64,000 bases of DNA from Schmidtea polychroa (Eukaryota), in assembly GCA_044892525.1 (NCBI GenBank), contig CM097885.1, positions 236,780,001 to 236,844,000 on the forward strand, written 5' to 3'. The translations under genes were made by a program, and so were the position numbers. Under the pieces are notes generated by a model that was not told where the DNA came from, searched no databases, and saw only the letters and a list, made by a program, of their open reading frames with translations. Of this stretch, positions 27,298-40,000 are shown piece by piece; the first letter of the stretch is position 1; every line of letters starts with the position of its first letter.

Positions 27298-28729
27298 TTG
27301 AGTTCGATTTTAATAATAAATCAAACATTCAAACAAGTGATAAATTACACCACTTGAAAAAGATACACCAATTTTAAAGAAAATATTTGTTAAAAATTAT
27401 TGATAAAAAATCTTTTACATCATATTAAAAAATATTTCACAAATTCTTTAAGATAGTAAATTATGAGAGATTGGGTTTCACACTGTATAAAAAGAGACAA
27501 TAAATTCTTATTTGAGCGAAAACATTATAACCGTGAATATGTTGTGATTTTTTAATTATTTAAATATAAGTTAAAGGTATCTTCTTCTTCTTTATAAGAT
27601 GCTAAATTGTTATATTTTCTTTTACAAAATGTCTTTAACCATTATCACTAATGAAATATAAAAAAATAGAAAAACAAAACCAATATATATATATATTAAT
27701 AATCTATATTTAATTTATGTCTTAATATATGGTTGATACGGATTTTTGTAAGTTGTGCAGCCTTTTATATTTATTATTATTATATAATACGTAATAAAAA
27801 TGAATTTCATTTTTTATGAAATATTTGGTAATCTTTTATTTATATATTTAAGCTTTGGTTCTTATTTTCTTTCTTTTTAAAAAGTTTCACTAAAAAAATT
27901 TATAAATTTCTTTTTTCTTAAAAAAAATTCGAGCATTTCAAAATCATCACAATCGAGGAACTCTACTGAAGACGATTTACCTTAATGTTGCAAAGACCTA
28001 AACGCGACCTTGCAAGACGATATTGACTTGAAATCAAAATTTGTCGTTGAATTATTGCCTTCCAGAATCGCAATTTATTTTATTTTGATGAATACAAATT
28101 GAAATGAGAACGTGACTCTAAGGACATTCTGTATAAAATAATTAATTTTGTCATATCAGCATAAATTGGCTTTGGAAAACAGATTTATGTGTTATTTGTG
28201 AGAAAATTATTTAAAAAACGAAATAAAATAATATGTTAAAAAATTTTAAGAATGATATATTTTGGGAATTATTTTTGTGACTTTAGGAAGTTTGAAATTG
28301 AATATAGGATATGTAGGAACATCGAATAATGATAAAATTCCAACAATAAAATAAAGTAGTCGAGACAATTAATAAATATTAAAAAAATTAAATAGGTTTA
28401 TTTGTGATCATATACGCTAAAACATTTGATCAGTTTCGACGTCAGTGAACTAGACAGAACTGATATTTGTTTTAACAGTGAGTTTATTAACTTCTGTCGA
28501 TGTATTGAGAAGTATACCGGTTTGGTAGACAATAAATTATCCTGATGATGAGGAACATTTTAAAGCATGTGTTAGTGGAATCAGTAGATGCCTTTAGGTT
28601 GATTCGATAGAACCGAAATGTAATCTGTTTTTGCAGTGAGTTGATTAACTTCTGTAGGTAGTCTGAAGTAAACAGGATTCGATGACGAAAAAATCGAGTA
28701 GATCAGCTAGATGATGATGAGCATTCCAA

Positions 28730-28762
<33 letters not shown>

Positions 28763-29289
28763 TGCTTGAATCTGTTGATGTATTGAGATCCATTTGATAG
28801 AACTAATACACGATCTGTTTTGTACTCGAAGCCCAATGATCGAAGTTTTTGTGGATTTAATTATTGATGATCATAGAAATAGTGATTGTTTGTTTCAGAA
28901 TTAAAGTGTGTAATTAAAAGAACTATAAAAACGATGTCTTCTTTATTTTGATTGTTATTCAATTTAATATTGCATTTGTAATTTAATTATTAAATTAATA
29001 TAGGTATTAAATTATAATGTCTGAGACACTACAGGATACATTGAAAATAATTGAACTTTTGTCTACATAAATCTTTGCAGATAAAATTATTGCTGTATAC
29101 TTAATAAAAAAGATTATAAATATAAATTCATGGTTTCTTGATCGATTTTATTAAAGACTTCATATTTGTTATGTACAATTCAAAATTTCAAAAATTTTCG
29201 AAGACAAACAAAAGAAATTCTTAGAAGTATTTTGCGACTTCTTCACTGAACGTCCACGATAATAATTTTGTTTAAATTGCGTGAACAAG

Positions 29290-29368
29290 TTGTGCACTAC
29301 ATATGATGCACAAGCCTATCAATTTAAGCGTCTGTGCATCATATGTGATGCACAGGACAGTCAAAGAG
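29290..29368. mobile_element. Orphan piggyBac-type terminus
   Basis: Ends CAGTCAAAGAG|TTAA; subterminal palindrome TGTGCATCATATGTGATGCACA occurs twice (one degenerate); no partner end found. Confidence 0.55.
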
Positions 29369-30767
29369 TTAATAAATTTATAAAAATATATATTTTATAA
29401 AAACTAACTTATTAGTTATGGTAATTTTTTTGAAGCGTCCAATTAGTATGACTTTCAAAATAGTGTGTCATTTTTAACTGTTTTTGGTCATACTATTTAA
29501 TAATATGGGTCATATTATTTGGAAATATCCGCTATATATATATATATATATATATAGGATGGGGAGAAAAAACTTTTGAAAAAATTGACATTTCAGTGTG
29601 ACAATGAATTAAAAATCTGTTGACAGTGATAAAATTTTAATAAATCCTCTAGACAATTTCCAGTGATTCACTTAATGAATTAATAATCTAGAAATACCGA
29701 AAAAAGAATGCAAAAATTCAACAAAGCTGATTCATAAATAGTTCAATCAAATTAAAAACTTTATTTGAATTCTCTTTGATCTGAAAATTTTGAGGGAAAA
29801 AAATCAATAATATTCCATAAAAGAACAAATTGATTACAGACAAAAATTGCAACAGAGAACCTCAAAAAATATCGATCACATTGTCTTGATATTTTTTTCT
29901 CGATCAAATAATGACAGATTTTTCAATGACTTTATTTTGATTAAAAAATAATTTAATTAAAATCGAATTAGTAATTCTGTAAAAAAAAACAGAAAAAAAA
30001 ACAATATTTTCTGAATCTAATAAACAAAACAAATAAAAAATAAACAGAAAATCTCCGAGAGATTTACAGGCGATCGGTAAATCTATTTAATAAAACAAAC
30101 AAAAAACTTTTTTTTCACTCACTTCTATTTCAAGTTTTGTAGCATGTGTCTTTTTTTTATAATTGACGAGTGAATCGCGTACACTCTCGACAAGCACTTT
30201 GTTTGTGGCATAAAATGATAATTGACTGGCATATAAACTTAAACGACTCCTCCCATTTTGAATGTCATTTCGAATATGAGCAAACAAAATTTCACTAGCA
30301 AATAATCAAACATTTGCAGGAAATTATTTTCCCGATACTCTTTGATTCAATTTTCTATTGCTTTTAGAAGTCTTTCCGTTAGACTGCTGCCTAATATAAC
30401 TAAATATAAAATTAATAATCCCGCAATTTTTTCTATTAGTGTCCAACCGTTTAGTTTTTCTGCTGAGTTAGTTGGTTTGTTTGAACAATTAAATTTTAGC
30501 ATTTATATATTTATAAATTTCCTGATAATGTGAAATGTAATACTTTATCATCTATGTTTTTTTTCGTTAGAAACTGGTAAACATTAATTATATTTCATCA
30601 TAAATGCAATTTAAAATATTAATTAAATTTTTATTATTTTATTTCATTGATGATAAAGAGAACTTTTTTCTTTCTCGATATTTAAATAATTATTCAAAAT
30701 TATAAGAAATTTTTTTCCAATTTCACCACTGATTTCTTTTTCTATTTTATTTGTTAAAAAGAACTTC

Positions 30768-30824
30768 AAGACTATAAATCAGTAATATATCAAAAACATC
30801 GATATATTACTGATTTATAGTCTT
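30768..30824. repeat. Perfect 24-bp inverted repeat with 9-nt loop, within a dispersed repeat
   Basis: AAGACTATAAATCAGTAATATATC / GATATATTACTGATTTATAGTCTT. Confidence 0.95.
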
Positions 30825-31591
30825 CAAGCTATTTTTAATAAATAAAATTATTCAAAAGATTTTAAAAGTGAAATTTTCTTTTTCAATTTCATCAGTCGAT
30901 TTTTTACCGTTAGGATTAAAAATTATTTTTTCAAAAACTTACCAATTAGTTATAATTTGATAATGTCTTTTAATAAGTTTTAGTTGCAAAATAATTGCAT
31001 TCAATTACTTCATTCATTTTGCATTGGTAAATAGATAAGTCCAAGTATATAATATATATTTCATAACATAATGTTTTCAAATAAAAATTTTCTAAAATTT
31101 TAATTTCGATGATGTAATTGAAGTTTTAAATTAAAATTAAAATATTTAAATTCATATTTAAATTATATTTATATTATATCAAATCACCCATTTTATTATA
31201 AAAATATTAAAATTCATAAATTAATAAATTAATAATAAATTTAAAATTTATAAATCATTAAAATTAAAATTTCAGCAAACAAACCGTAATTCATCGGAAT
31301 TTCGTACAACAATAAGATAATTAAGTTTCATATATATTGTGAAATAATACAGTCCAGCAATAACGTAAACCTTTGCGAAACTTTCAAAAATGTATTTCTT
31401 TTAATCTCTTTGACGAGTGGTTTTACATAAATTGTAATTTTATGATTTTTTCTCTCCTTCATCCTACCAATTTTTTTTTGACAATTCCAACACTGAACTA
31501 GGTAGTGATTAAATGAAATTTTAATTTAAATTAAATATCATTTAAGTACGTAAGGTGATTGGGTACCTCATTTATTATAGATTCTCATAAA

Positions 31592-32830
31592 ATGGAAACT
31601 TCCTCTCGTTGCAGCTGTAAGAATGAGAAACAATTTTTGTTATTTATGTGGCAAGTATTCTGCAAAAAAGTCACGTACAATTTATGAACATATTCGAAAA
31701 CGTCAGGCTGCTTATTTGTGAAATAAAATTCGATGTAACTACTTGGGTATCACAATATTGTTGCACTAGCTGTTCTTCAAGACTAAGAAATTGGTTAAAT
31801 ATCTTATACCATTTGGTATTTCTATAATGTGGCCTTGATTCGTTAATCTTTCTTTTACTTTCCCTTTCACTAGAAATATATCATATTCAATTTTTCAATC
31901 CGCTTTTCGTCCAATATCATATTCAGATTCGATTCCAGTACCCAAGAAACCTGATTACTTGCTTAAAGAATTAAATCAGCATCGGATTTAAATGATAACA
32001 GACCTCAATTGTTTTCACAACCTGAATTAGGTGGTTTGGTCTGAGAACTGAAGCTGACTAAAGATTAGGGTGAACTTCTATCATCAAAATTAAAATAACA
32101 AGCTTGTTCCAAAAAATGTTAAAATATCATTATATTGGAAACGTTCACAAATTGTCTGTTCATATTTTTCAAAGAATTGACGGTTTATTTCAATTCTTTG
32201 AACAGGAAGATAATTCTACTGAATGGCGTCTTTTTATTGATATCCCAAAATATAGTATCAAAGCTATATTGTTACGGGTTAGTTATCAGTTACTACCCGC
32301 TCATGTCCATATTGAGTGATTATGTGTAACCCTACAAAAATCTAAAAGATATTCTAAATACCATACAGAATAATAAGCATCGGTGGATAATATATGCAAA
32401 TCTGAAAGCCGTTTCTTTACTAAATGAACTACAAGTAAAATACACCAAGTTATGTCGTTTCCCATGCCTTTGAAATTCAAGACCAAGACATAGATACTAC
32501 AAAAACGAAATATGGTCTAAATGTTATCACTTTACTGTTGGACTAAAGAATGTTGCTAATCCTATACTTGTTTAACCGAACAAGATTATATTGCCACCTT
32601 TACATATAAAATTAGACCTCTTTAAGCAGTTTATGAAAGTTAAAAACAAAAATTGTGATGCCATGAGATTTTTGAAGGCGAAATTTTTCAATTCCAAAAA
32701 AGTTACAGAAAGTGTTTTCATCGAACCACAATTGAGGCAGCTGCTTCTCGATCAACACTTTGATTACACTCTCGCACCAGTACATAAACTACCACGGATG
32801 TCTTTGTGAAATTCTTGCAATGGTTTTCTT
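31592..32830 (+). pseudogene. Degraded Chapaev3-like (CMC) transposase
   Basis: Ordered motifs FCYLCGKY, CCTSCSSRLRNW, SAFRPISYSDSIPVPK, PQLFSQPEL, EWRLFIDIPKYSIKAILL, LPPLHIKLDLFKQFMK and VFIEPQLRQL, with many stops. Confidence 0.8.
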
Positions 32831-33135
32831 GATTTTAACAACTTAAACTTGCCCAAAATGTACCCAGATATTTCTAGTCTGGTATAAAGTAAGCAGGTTA
32901 AGATCTAAAACTTATTACAATAAATCAAATATAATTAATTTTCTTTAATTTAATAAAAGTATTTACCAATAAAATTCTTTGTAATACAATACTGTAACAT
33001 TTCATTTTATATTTCAGAAATATTTACCTACCGGTGCGATATAGAGTCTGTAATGTATAGTTATATTCTTTTTATTTTTAAACAAAGTTACGTGACGCCT
33101 TGCCATTTCGTTTGGCGTATGTCGCGTACCAAAAG

Positions 33136-33345
33136 ATAAAGAAACAATTTGCCATTAATAAAGAAACGAATTGTCATTAATAAAGAAACAATTTGACATT
33201 AATAAAGAAACGAATTGTCATTAATAAAGAAACGAATTGTCATTAATAAAGAGACAATTTGGTATTAGTAAAGGAACAATTTGCCATTGATAGAGAAACG
33301 ACTTACCTTTAGTAAAGAAATATTCCACCATTATTAAAGAAACAA
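33136..33345. repeat. 22-bp minisatellite (~9 units, degenerating rightwards)
   Basis: Unit ATAAAGAAACAATTTGCCATTA and variants. Confidence 0.9.
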
Positions 33346-33947
33346 TAAAGTATTTTAAAAGAACAATAAAGCATTAGAAAAGAAAATTATCTAAAGAATT
33401 ATCTAGAGAAATTATGTAAAGGAACTCAAACGCAAATTGTCTAAAGAACACTATCTAAAATTCTCTAACTGGGCGTTTAAAGGTTTTTTTATTTTATTAT
33501 ATAAATAAAAGTTTGTAATTTATAATTGTTTCAGTTTATTTTATCTATATTGTTATAACCCTACATACATTCACCCCAGCTATCCCGAGACAGTGAACTT
33601 ACGGGTGACTCGGCTGGGTACTACAATATTTCTTATTGCACTCATGCTAACAAACATAAATACAAACATAATACATATAATATAATGAAATTATAATACA
33701 CACGAATATACTATAGAAACTATAGCCCTTAATAAGTCTATTACTTACCGGCACAACATCATCGAATGGTTGGAACCTCTGATCTATAATATAAAGGTAA
33801 AGATACATGTGCTGGCCTATTTTTAATAAATCCTCTAAAACGGTGAAAAATAGCGACATAACATTTTCGCATGTCACTCTGACTGCTATTTCTAGGTAAA
33901 CTATGTTATTTTCAACTTCCATTTTTTATTCATGCAAAGTCACATAC

Positions 33948-34090
33948 TTGTATTTGACAGATGAGTTATTCTCTCATGGACAGCTATATTTGGGAATGTC
34001 AAGGACAAAAGATCCTTCAACATTCTTTATCATCACTGATGATCAACAGGAGACTCAAAAACATTGCATATAGCCAAATATTGAAATAGA
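33948..34090 (+). mobile_element. Helitron RepHel (PIF1-like helicase) C-terminal fragment
   Basis: LYLTDELFSHGQLYLGMSRTKD...TQ(fs)NIAYSQILK*, matching the FSHGQLYVALSR motif. Confidence 0.7.
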
Positions 34091-35479
34091 TTTGTAATAA
34101 CAGAATAAATAAAATTAATTATAATGAATAAATAATTAGTTTGAATCTATCCCATATGAAGTCGGTTAAAAACCAAGTTTTGCTTCAGGCGTACAACAAA
34201 TGAGGCCGTTGATATAAAGGGAACTGCTTCTTCCAGGTAAAATAGCAAATATGTTGCACATTTTGAATGAGTTAATCAATCTTAAATTATAGTTTACTTA
34301 TCGCTATTATTATTTGATATTTGAAGATTTCTTTGAAGTTTGTTTAAGAAATAGTATAAGTTGACTAGTCGCTAACTCCTGGTGTCATTTATTAAGTTGA
34401 GTAAGTGACCAAATCACACAATGTATATTGTCATGGATTATCAAGGCTTTTGATGCCTATTGTGTATCTTCAAATTGTTGTGAATAGTTGAACTAGAGAA
34501 ATAGAAATCCCGTTCACAAGGTCATGCAGTTGTGATCAGGATAACTTATTAATGAGAGAAATGAATTTAAGAAAATGTGATGTCCTTTTAATATTTTTTT
34601 CGACTTTAAACCAATCAATTATATTTACTTACGAGTTTATTTTTGTTTTTCATTCACAGAACATAAAGATTAGTCTAATTACGTAGATTAGTTTTATTTT
34701 ATTAATTGAGAAAATCCTGGACAAGTTCCAAACTGACCTCAACCACGATGTAAAGAAGACAAACATTTACTAGTGCGCTCTAAGCAACTTCAACTGCGCT
34801 GCCGAGAATTAAAGTTCAGTTGGTTTAGGCCGAGGGCCATAAAGCGCCAGAAGATGCTGATAAGCCGGCTACGGGAGCAGTCCGCCGCGACCAGATTGAA
34901 ATACCCCCATTGAAACAAAGGATCTGCCAGTCAGATACTGAAAGGTTGCAATAAGAATCCGACGAAATAATGGCTCGATGTGTACTCACTGAGTTGCACT
35001 TATAGTTGTTCATTGCTGAATGGACTAAGCGATGGGTCCTGGAGACTTTGACTGTAGCACCAAAGTCGGTGAATAAGAGATCCAAACCTGGTCGACTGGA
35101 AGGAGTAAATCACCGAATCCGCAAAGAACCTTAAATTACAGGACATGCATATTAAGTCGCCGAGCTAATGGAAGAAGATGAGGAGCCTGGTAATTCTACA
35201 AGGACGACTTTCTGAAATATTAAATGTTGTGAAAAGTAAAAAAAACATTACAGTTCATACCGAATATGTGTGATTTCTCATGTTTAAATAACTAAATAAA
35301 TAGGGAACAATTGGTTAAATCTGGCATGTGTCTTTCATCGACAGTTGTGAACCCAGAAAAATGTTCGGCAATTATTGTTTGAATGAGTGCACTTATTTTT
35401 TTCGAATATTCGTCCATTTTATAATGTACCAACGTTGAATACTAATCGATTATTAAGTGGTCAAACACTTTTTGGATAA

Positions 35480-36020
35480 AAAAAGCAAAAATCCCTTAAC
35501 GTCTTTAACTGTACTGGACAAGGATATAATAATGCAGTCGACATGATAGGCAAATATAATTGAGCACAAGAAGTTCTTTTAAAAGATAATAAAAACTGTA
35601 CATTTTCAGTTTGTAGAAACCATACTTTGAATTTAGTCAGTGTGAATTGAGCAAAATCTTGCCAAAAAGAGCAAAAGCCTTTTAGAAACTGTTCAGTAAA
35701 TTTATAATTTATTCAGTTGAAGTGCAAAATGATGGAAATTAAAAGAAATATTTTGCAAGATTTTTTTACCCTAAACAAAATATTCAGAAGACTAGGTGGT
35801 GTAAACCAGCTGCCTTACATTTGAAGGCATCGATATCTACTTTGAACGAAACTGATTCAAGAACTCTTTCTGTTAATGTGCAAACAAAGATTTTGGTTTT
35901 TATAAAAAAAAAATTTATTTGAATTCATTTTTGTAAAACTTTTGTTGAAAATTTTAGTGATTCTACACTAAACCAATTTTGCCATTGAGTCTCGTAAAGC
36001 AACATTGTATATAAAAATAT
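35480..36020 (+). pseudogene. Degraded hAT (ZMYM1-like) transposase core
   Basis: CTGQGYNNAVDMIGKYN*AQ..FSVCRNHTLNL..TVQ*IYNLFS*SAK*W..TRW. Confidence 0.75.
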
Positions 36021-36197
36021 AACATTTAGGAATTCAAAGACATTAAAAAATTTTAGTCGTCAAATTATACTTGAGCCAACAAAAATTGAAATTACTACAG
36101 AATTTGATATAAATCGTCCATTTGAGTATAAAAAGCTGCTGAAGTATATTATCATCTTAATGATTTTAATAAAATTATAATCACTCAATTTCTTTAA

Positions 36198-36379
36198 CCG
36201 TTTGCGGACGAAATTAATTTATTATTTTTTAGCATACGAATGCTTGATATCGTGGTATGATTTTTATAAAGTTTGGCCAGCACAACTGGTTAATACATTG
36301 TTAATACATTGTTATACATTGTTAAACATCTGTAACAAAATTCATGACCAAAATTTGCTGGCCTACCGTCCACAAACGG
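36198..36379. mobile_element. piggyBac-type MITE, 182 bp
   Basis: 13-bp TIR CCGTTTG(C/T)GGACG; TTAA at 36194-36197 and 36380-36383. Confidence 0.85.
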
Positions 36380-37096
36380 TTAAAATGTCATTTTTTTGAA
36401 GTTTCATTACTGAAAAAATGTTTAAAAAAATGAAATAAGTGATAAAATTGTAGAATAACTAATACACTTAAAGTTTATTGACAATTCACTTTTTAAACTA
36501 AGCACTAAACCGACTAAATTGCTTAAAGATAGGATTAAAAAGGGGTTTTTAATGTACTACCATATCCAACCATTGCACTGTTTTTTAACTATTCAGTGAA
36601 TGTAGTTGAAACTGACAGATTTAGTATTTAAAAAGAATTAAAAACTTTTGAATATCAGGTATCTATAAAAACCACTAAATGACTAGCGACCCTAAACATC
36701 AATTATGAGATAGCAAAAACTATAGTTTATTCTGAAATAGCTAAATAATTTTTGCGCGCATCGACATAAAGTGTTCTTTACATTTTCATTAATTTAAATT
36801 AATTAGTATTGGCATTACCATTGAGTTTCGTAATTTTTATACAATATTTTTAACAAATTATTTTTAAATCAATAACTTTTTAAATAAATTTAATAAAGCA
36901 GCCCATTTTATTATTAATGTATAAACTCTTCATTAACGTTCAAAATCATATAATAGAATTTGTACTTACAAGTAAATTAAATATTACTCTTATAAAGACG
37001 AAATTATTTATTTTGTTTAAAAACTCATCATTTTAAAATACAAGAAGTTTAAAATTTTACTTTTCTAAATTATCAGAATAACTTATCAGAATAATT

Positions 37097-40000
37097 ATGA
37101 TGCATAGTAAACCAAGTGAGTTTCTTTTGAAATATTTTCACATAACTCCATTATATTTCCATGAACATAAATATTTTTTATAATTTAATAGTTCAATTAA
37201 ATTGATAAAAAATTAATTAAATTGTGTTAACATGACAATTTATCTAATTTAAATATTTTTATTTTCAGAGGAAAGTAATCTAGATCATATAGTAAGAAGA
37301 GATGATGATCTAATGCAGCATTTAGAACTTAAGAAAAGAGTTAGATTTTAAACTATTTAACAAATTAATTATTTTTTAGGCCAGAACAATAGCAGTTTCA
37401 ACAGAAGATTCTGAAGTAAGAATGCAGTTGAGAGAGCTAGGAGAACCAATATGTAAATTATTTATAATTTATTGAATGTCATAGGCTTAATAATTTTAAA
37501 GGCTGTTTTGGAGAAGACGCTGCAGATCGTCGTGAAAGATTGAGACAAAAGCTTGCAATAACAGATGCCAATTTACCAAAACGTCATAGAATAGAACAAG
37601 AAAAAGTTAAAGAAAACGATGATGTAACTTAAATCAAATTATGTAAACTTCATTTTACGAATTTTTTATATTTAGGATAATGTATGTTGGTATCATAAAG
37701 GTTCAGATGAATTGAAAGAAGCTCGTGAATGGATACTTCGATATTCGTTAATAAAATCCAAGCATCGATCAGAAAATGCTAAGCAATATTATTCTTCATT
37801 GACAGAAACACAGAGAAAAGCAAAAGCTCAAGAATATCAAAAGAAAATTAGGGTTATTATTTATATAATTGTTTAGATTAATTTATAATTTCTTTAAAGG
37901 TACATTAAATGCTTTGATAATGAGTGTATTATAATGGGGGACTGATGCTGTTTGAATGTAAATCGCGCGGAGGGATTTATGGTATTTGAGTGGGGATTAG
38001 GGGGGACTTATGGTGTTTGAGTGGGAATTAGGGGGGACTTATGGTGTTTGAATGGGAATTATGGGGACTGATGCTGTTTGAATGGGAATTAGAGGAGACT
38101 TATGGTGTTTGAGTGGGAATTAGGGGGACTTATGGTGTTTGAATGGGAATTAAGGGGACTGATGCTGTTTGAATGGGAATTAGAGGAGACTTATGGTGTT
38201 TGAATGGGAATTAGGGGGACTTATGGTGTTTGAATGGGAATTATGGGGACTGATGCTGTTTGAATGGGAATTAGAGGAGACTTATGGTGTTTGAATGGGA
38301 ATTAGGGGGACTTATGGTGTTTGAATGGGAATTATGGGGACTGATGCTGTTTGAATGGGAATTAGAGGAGACTTATGGTGTTTGAATGGGAATTAGGGGG
38401 ACTTATGGTGTTTGAATGGGAATTAAGGGGACTGATGCTGTTTGAATGGGAATTAGAGGAGACTTATGGTGTTTGAATGGGAATTAGGGGGACTTATGGT
38501 GTTTGAATGGGAATTATGGGGACTGATGCTGTTTGAATGGGAATTAGAGGAGACTTATGGTGTTTGAATGGGAATTAGGGGGACTTATGGTGTTTGAATG
38601 GGAATTAGGGGGACTTATGGTGTTTGAATGGGAATTAGGGGGACTGATGCTGTTTGAATGGGAATTAGAGTGTCTCATGGTGTTTGAATGGGAATTAGAA
38701 GGTATCATGGTGTTTGAATGGAATTAGAAGGTCACATGGTGTTTGAATGGGAATTAGGGGGACTCATGTTGTGTGAATGGGAAATAATTATGTTAAATTT
38801 TGATGGCCTGTTACATTTAATGATTCTACGCGCTCCATATAATTCATAATACATATCTGCTAACTTAATGGGGGACAGCTGTGATATCATTCTATAGGAT
38901 TGGTTGCCGTTGCTTATATTGGGCCAAGAATAATAACTATCTAATGGACCTCCATCATTTGGCAATTGACCTTTGTTTTCTGCATTTTATAACCCTCCTT
39001 CATGAGTTAACAAGAAATAATCCTTTCGACTTTGTACTCATTTGATAACCACCTTCTTTATTCCTAGTTTGATAACCGCTCATTGATTCTTCATTCGATA
39101 ACTCTTCGTCCTTTTCTGCATCTTATAACCCACATTCATCAGCCATTAATCGATAAAAGTTTTACCGTGCATTCTTTCGATAATCAATCATTTTGCCTTT
39201 ATTTGACAACTCACTCTTCTTTCCTGGATTATATAAGCCTCCATAGGATGCCGATAATCGATATACATCTCTATTTTCTCCTTATTCGACAACCATTTCA
39301 TTTCGTCTTCATTTGACAATGCTACCCCACTACCAAGCTGTTTTCTTCATTTGCAATTTCTTACTTTCATATTCTAAAAAAAAACTTTTCCATTTTTTCT
39401 CCATTCTCCAACTCAACATTATGCGTCATTATGTGATAAATCTTTCCACTGTTTTCTCTCCCGACACAATTATAAATGGAAACAAATTCTGACCATTTAT
39501 AAAAACTAATTTTTCTTAATAAATAATTGCTATTTTGCGCCAGAGCTACAACAATAGGTTATCGTCAAAATAACAAATATATAAAAACAATATACAATTC
39601 AATAACCGAATGTATAAATTCATAAATATATTATGTTTAAAGATTTAAATTAAATCGATATTGATATAATAAATTATATTTGAATAATATAATATAATAT
39701 ATAATCAGATTAATAATAGTATATTGATAGTTTCAATTAGTCATTTTTATCGTTGAAACATTTATGTGATTTTAGGAATAAACAGAATCAAAAAACGTAA
39801 AAATAGTTCTTTTTTGTATACTTTCCCTAAATATTTATTCAGTTATAAAACAAAATTATAGACTTATTCATAAATATTAATTTTTGAAAAGAAACTGCAA
39901 ACGTCTGTGATCTTGACCAAATTTCTTGATCACTTTATCCATTATTTTTCGCTTTTTTTACTGTAATTGATTCTCTCACGATGAACACTCATCATGCTAA

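Noticed and set aside
33049..33625. Solo LTR candidate (TG...CA) around the 22-bp repeat
   Set aside because: No matching TSD, PBS or PPT found.
34710..35215. GC-richer island, possible gag remnant
   Set aside because: Only a degenerate knuckle-like EGHKA; multiple stops in all frames checked.
37935..38785. CRISPR-like regular array
   Set aside because: No unique spacers and a eukaryotic intron context; it is a minisatellite.
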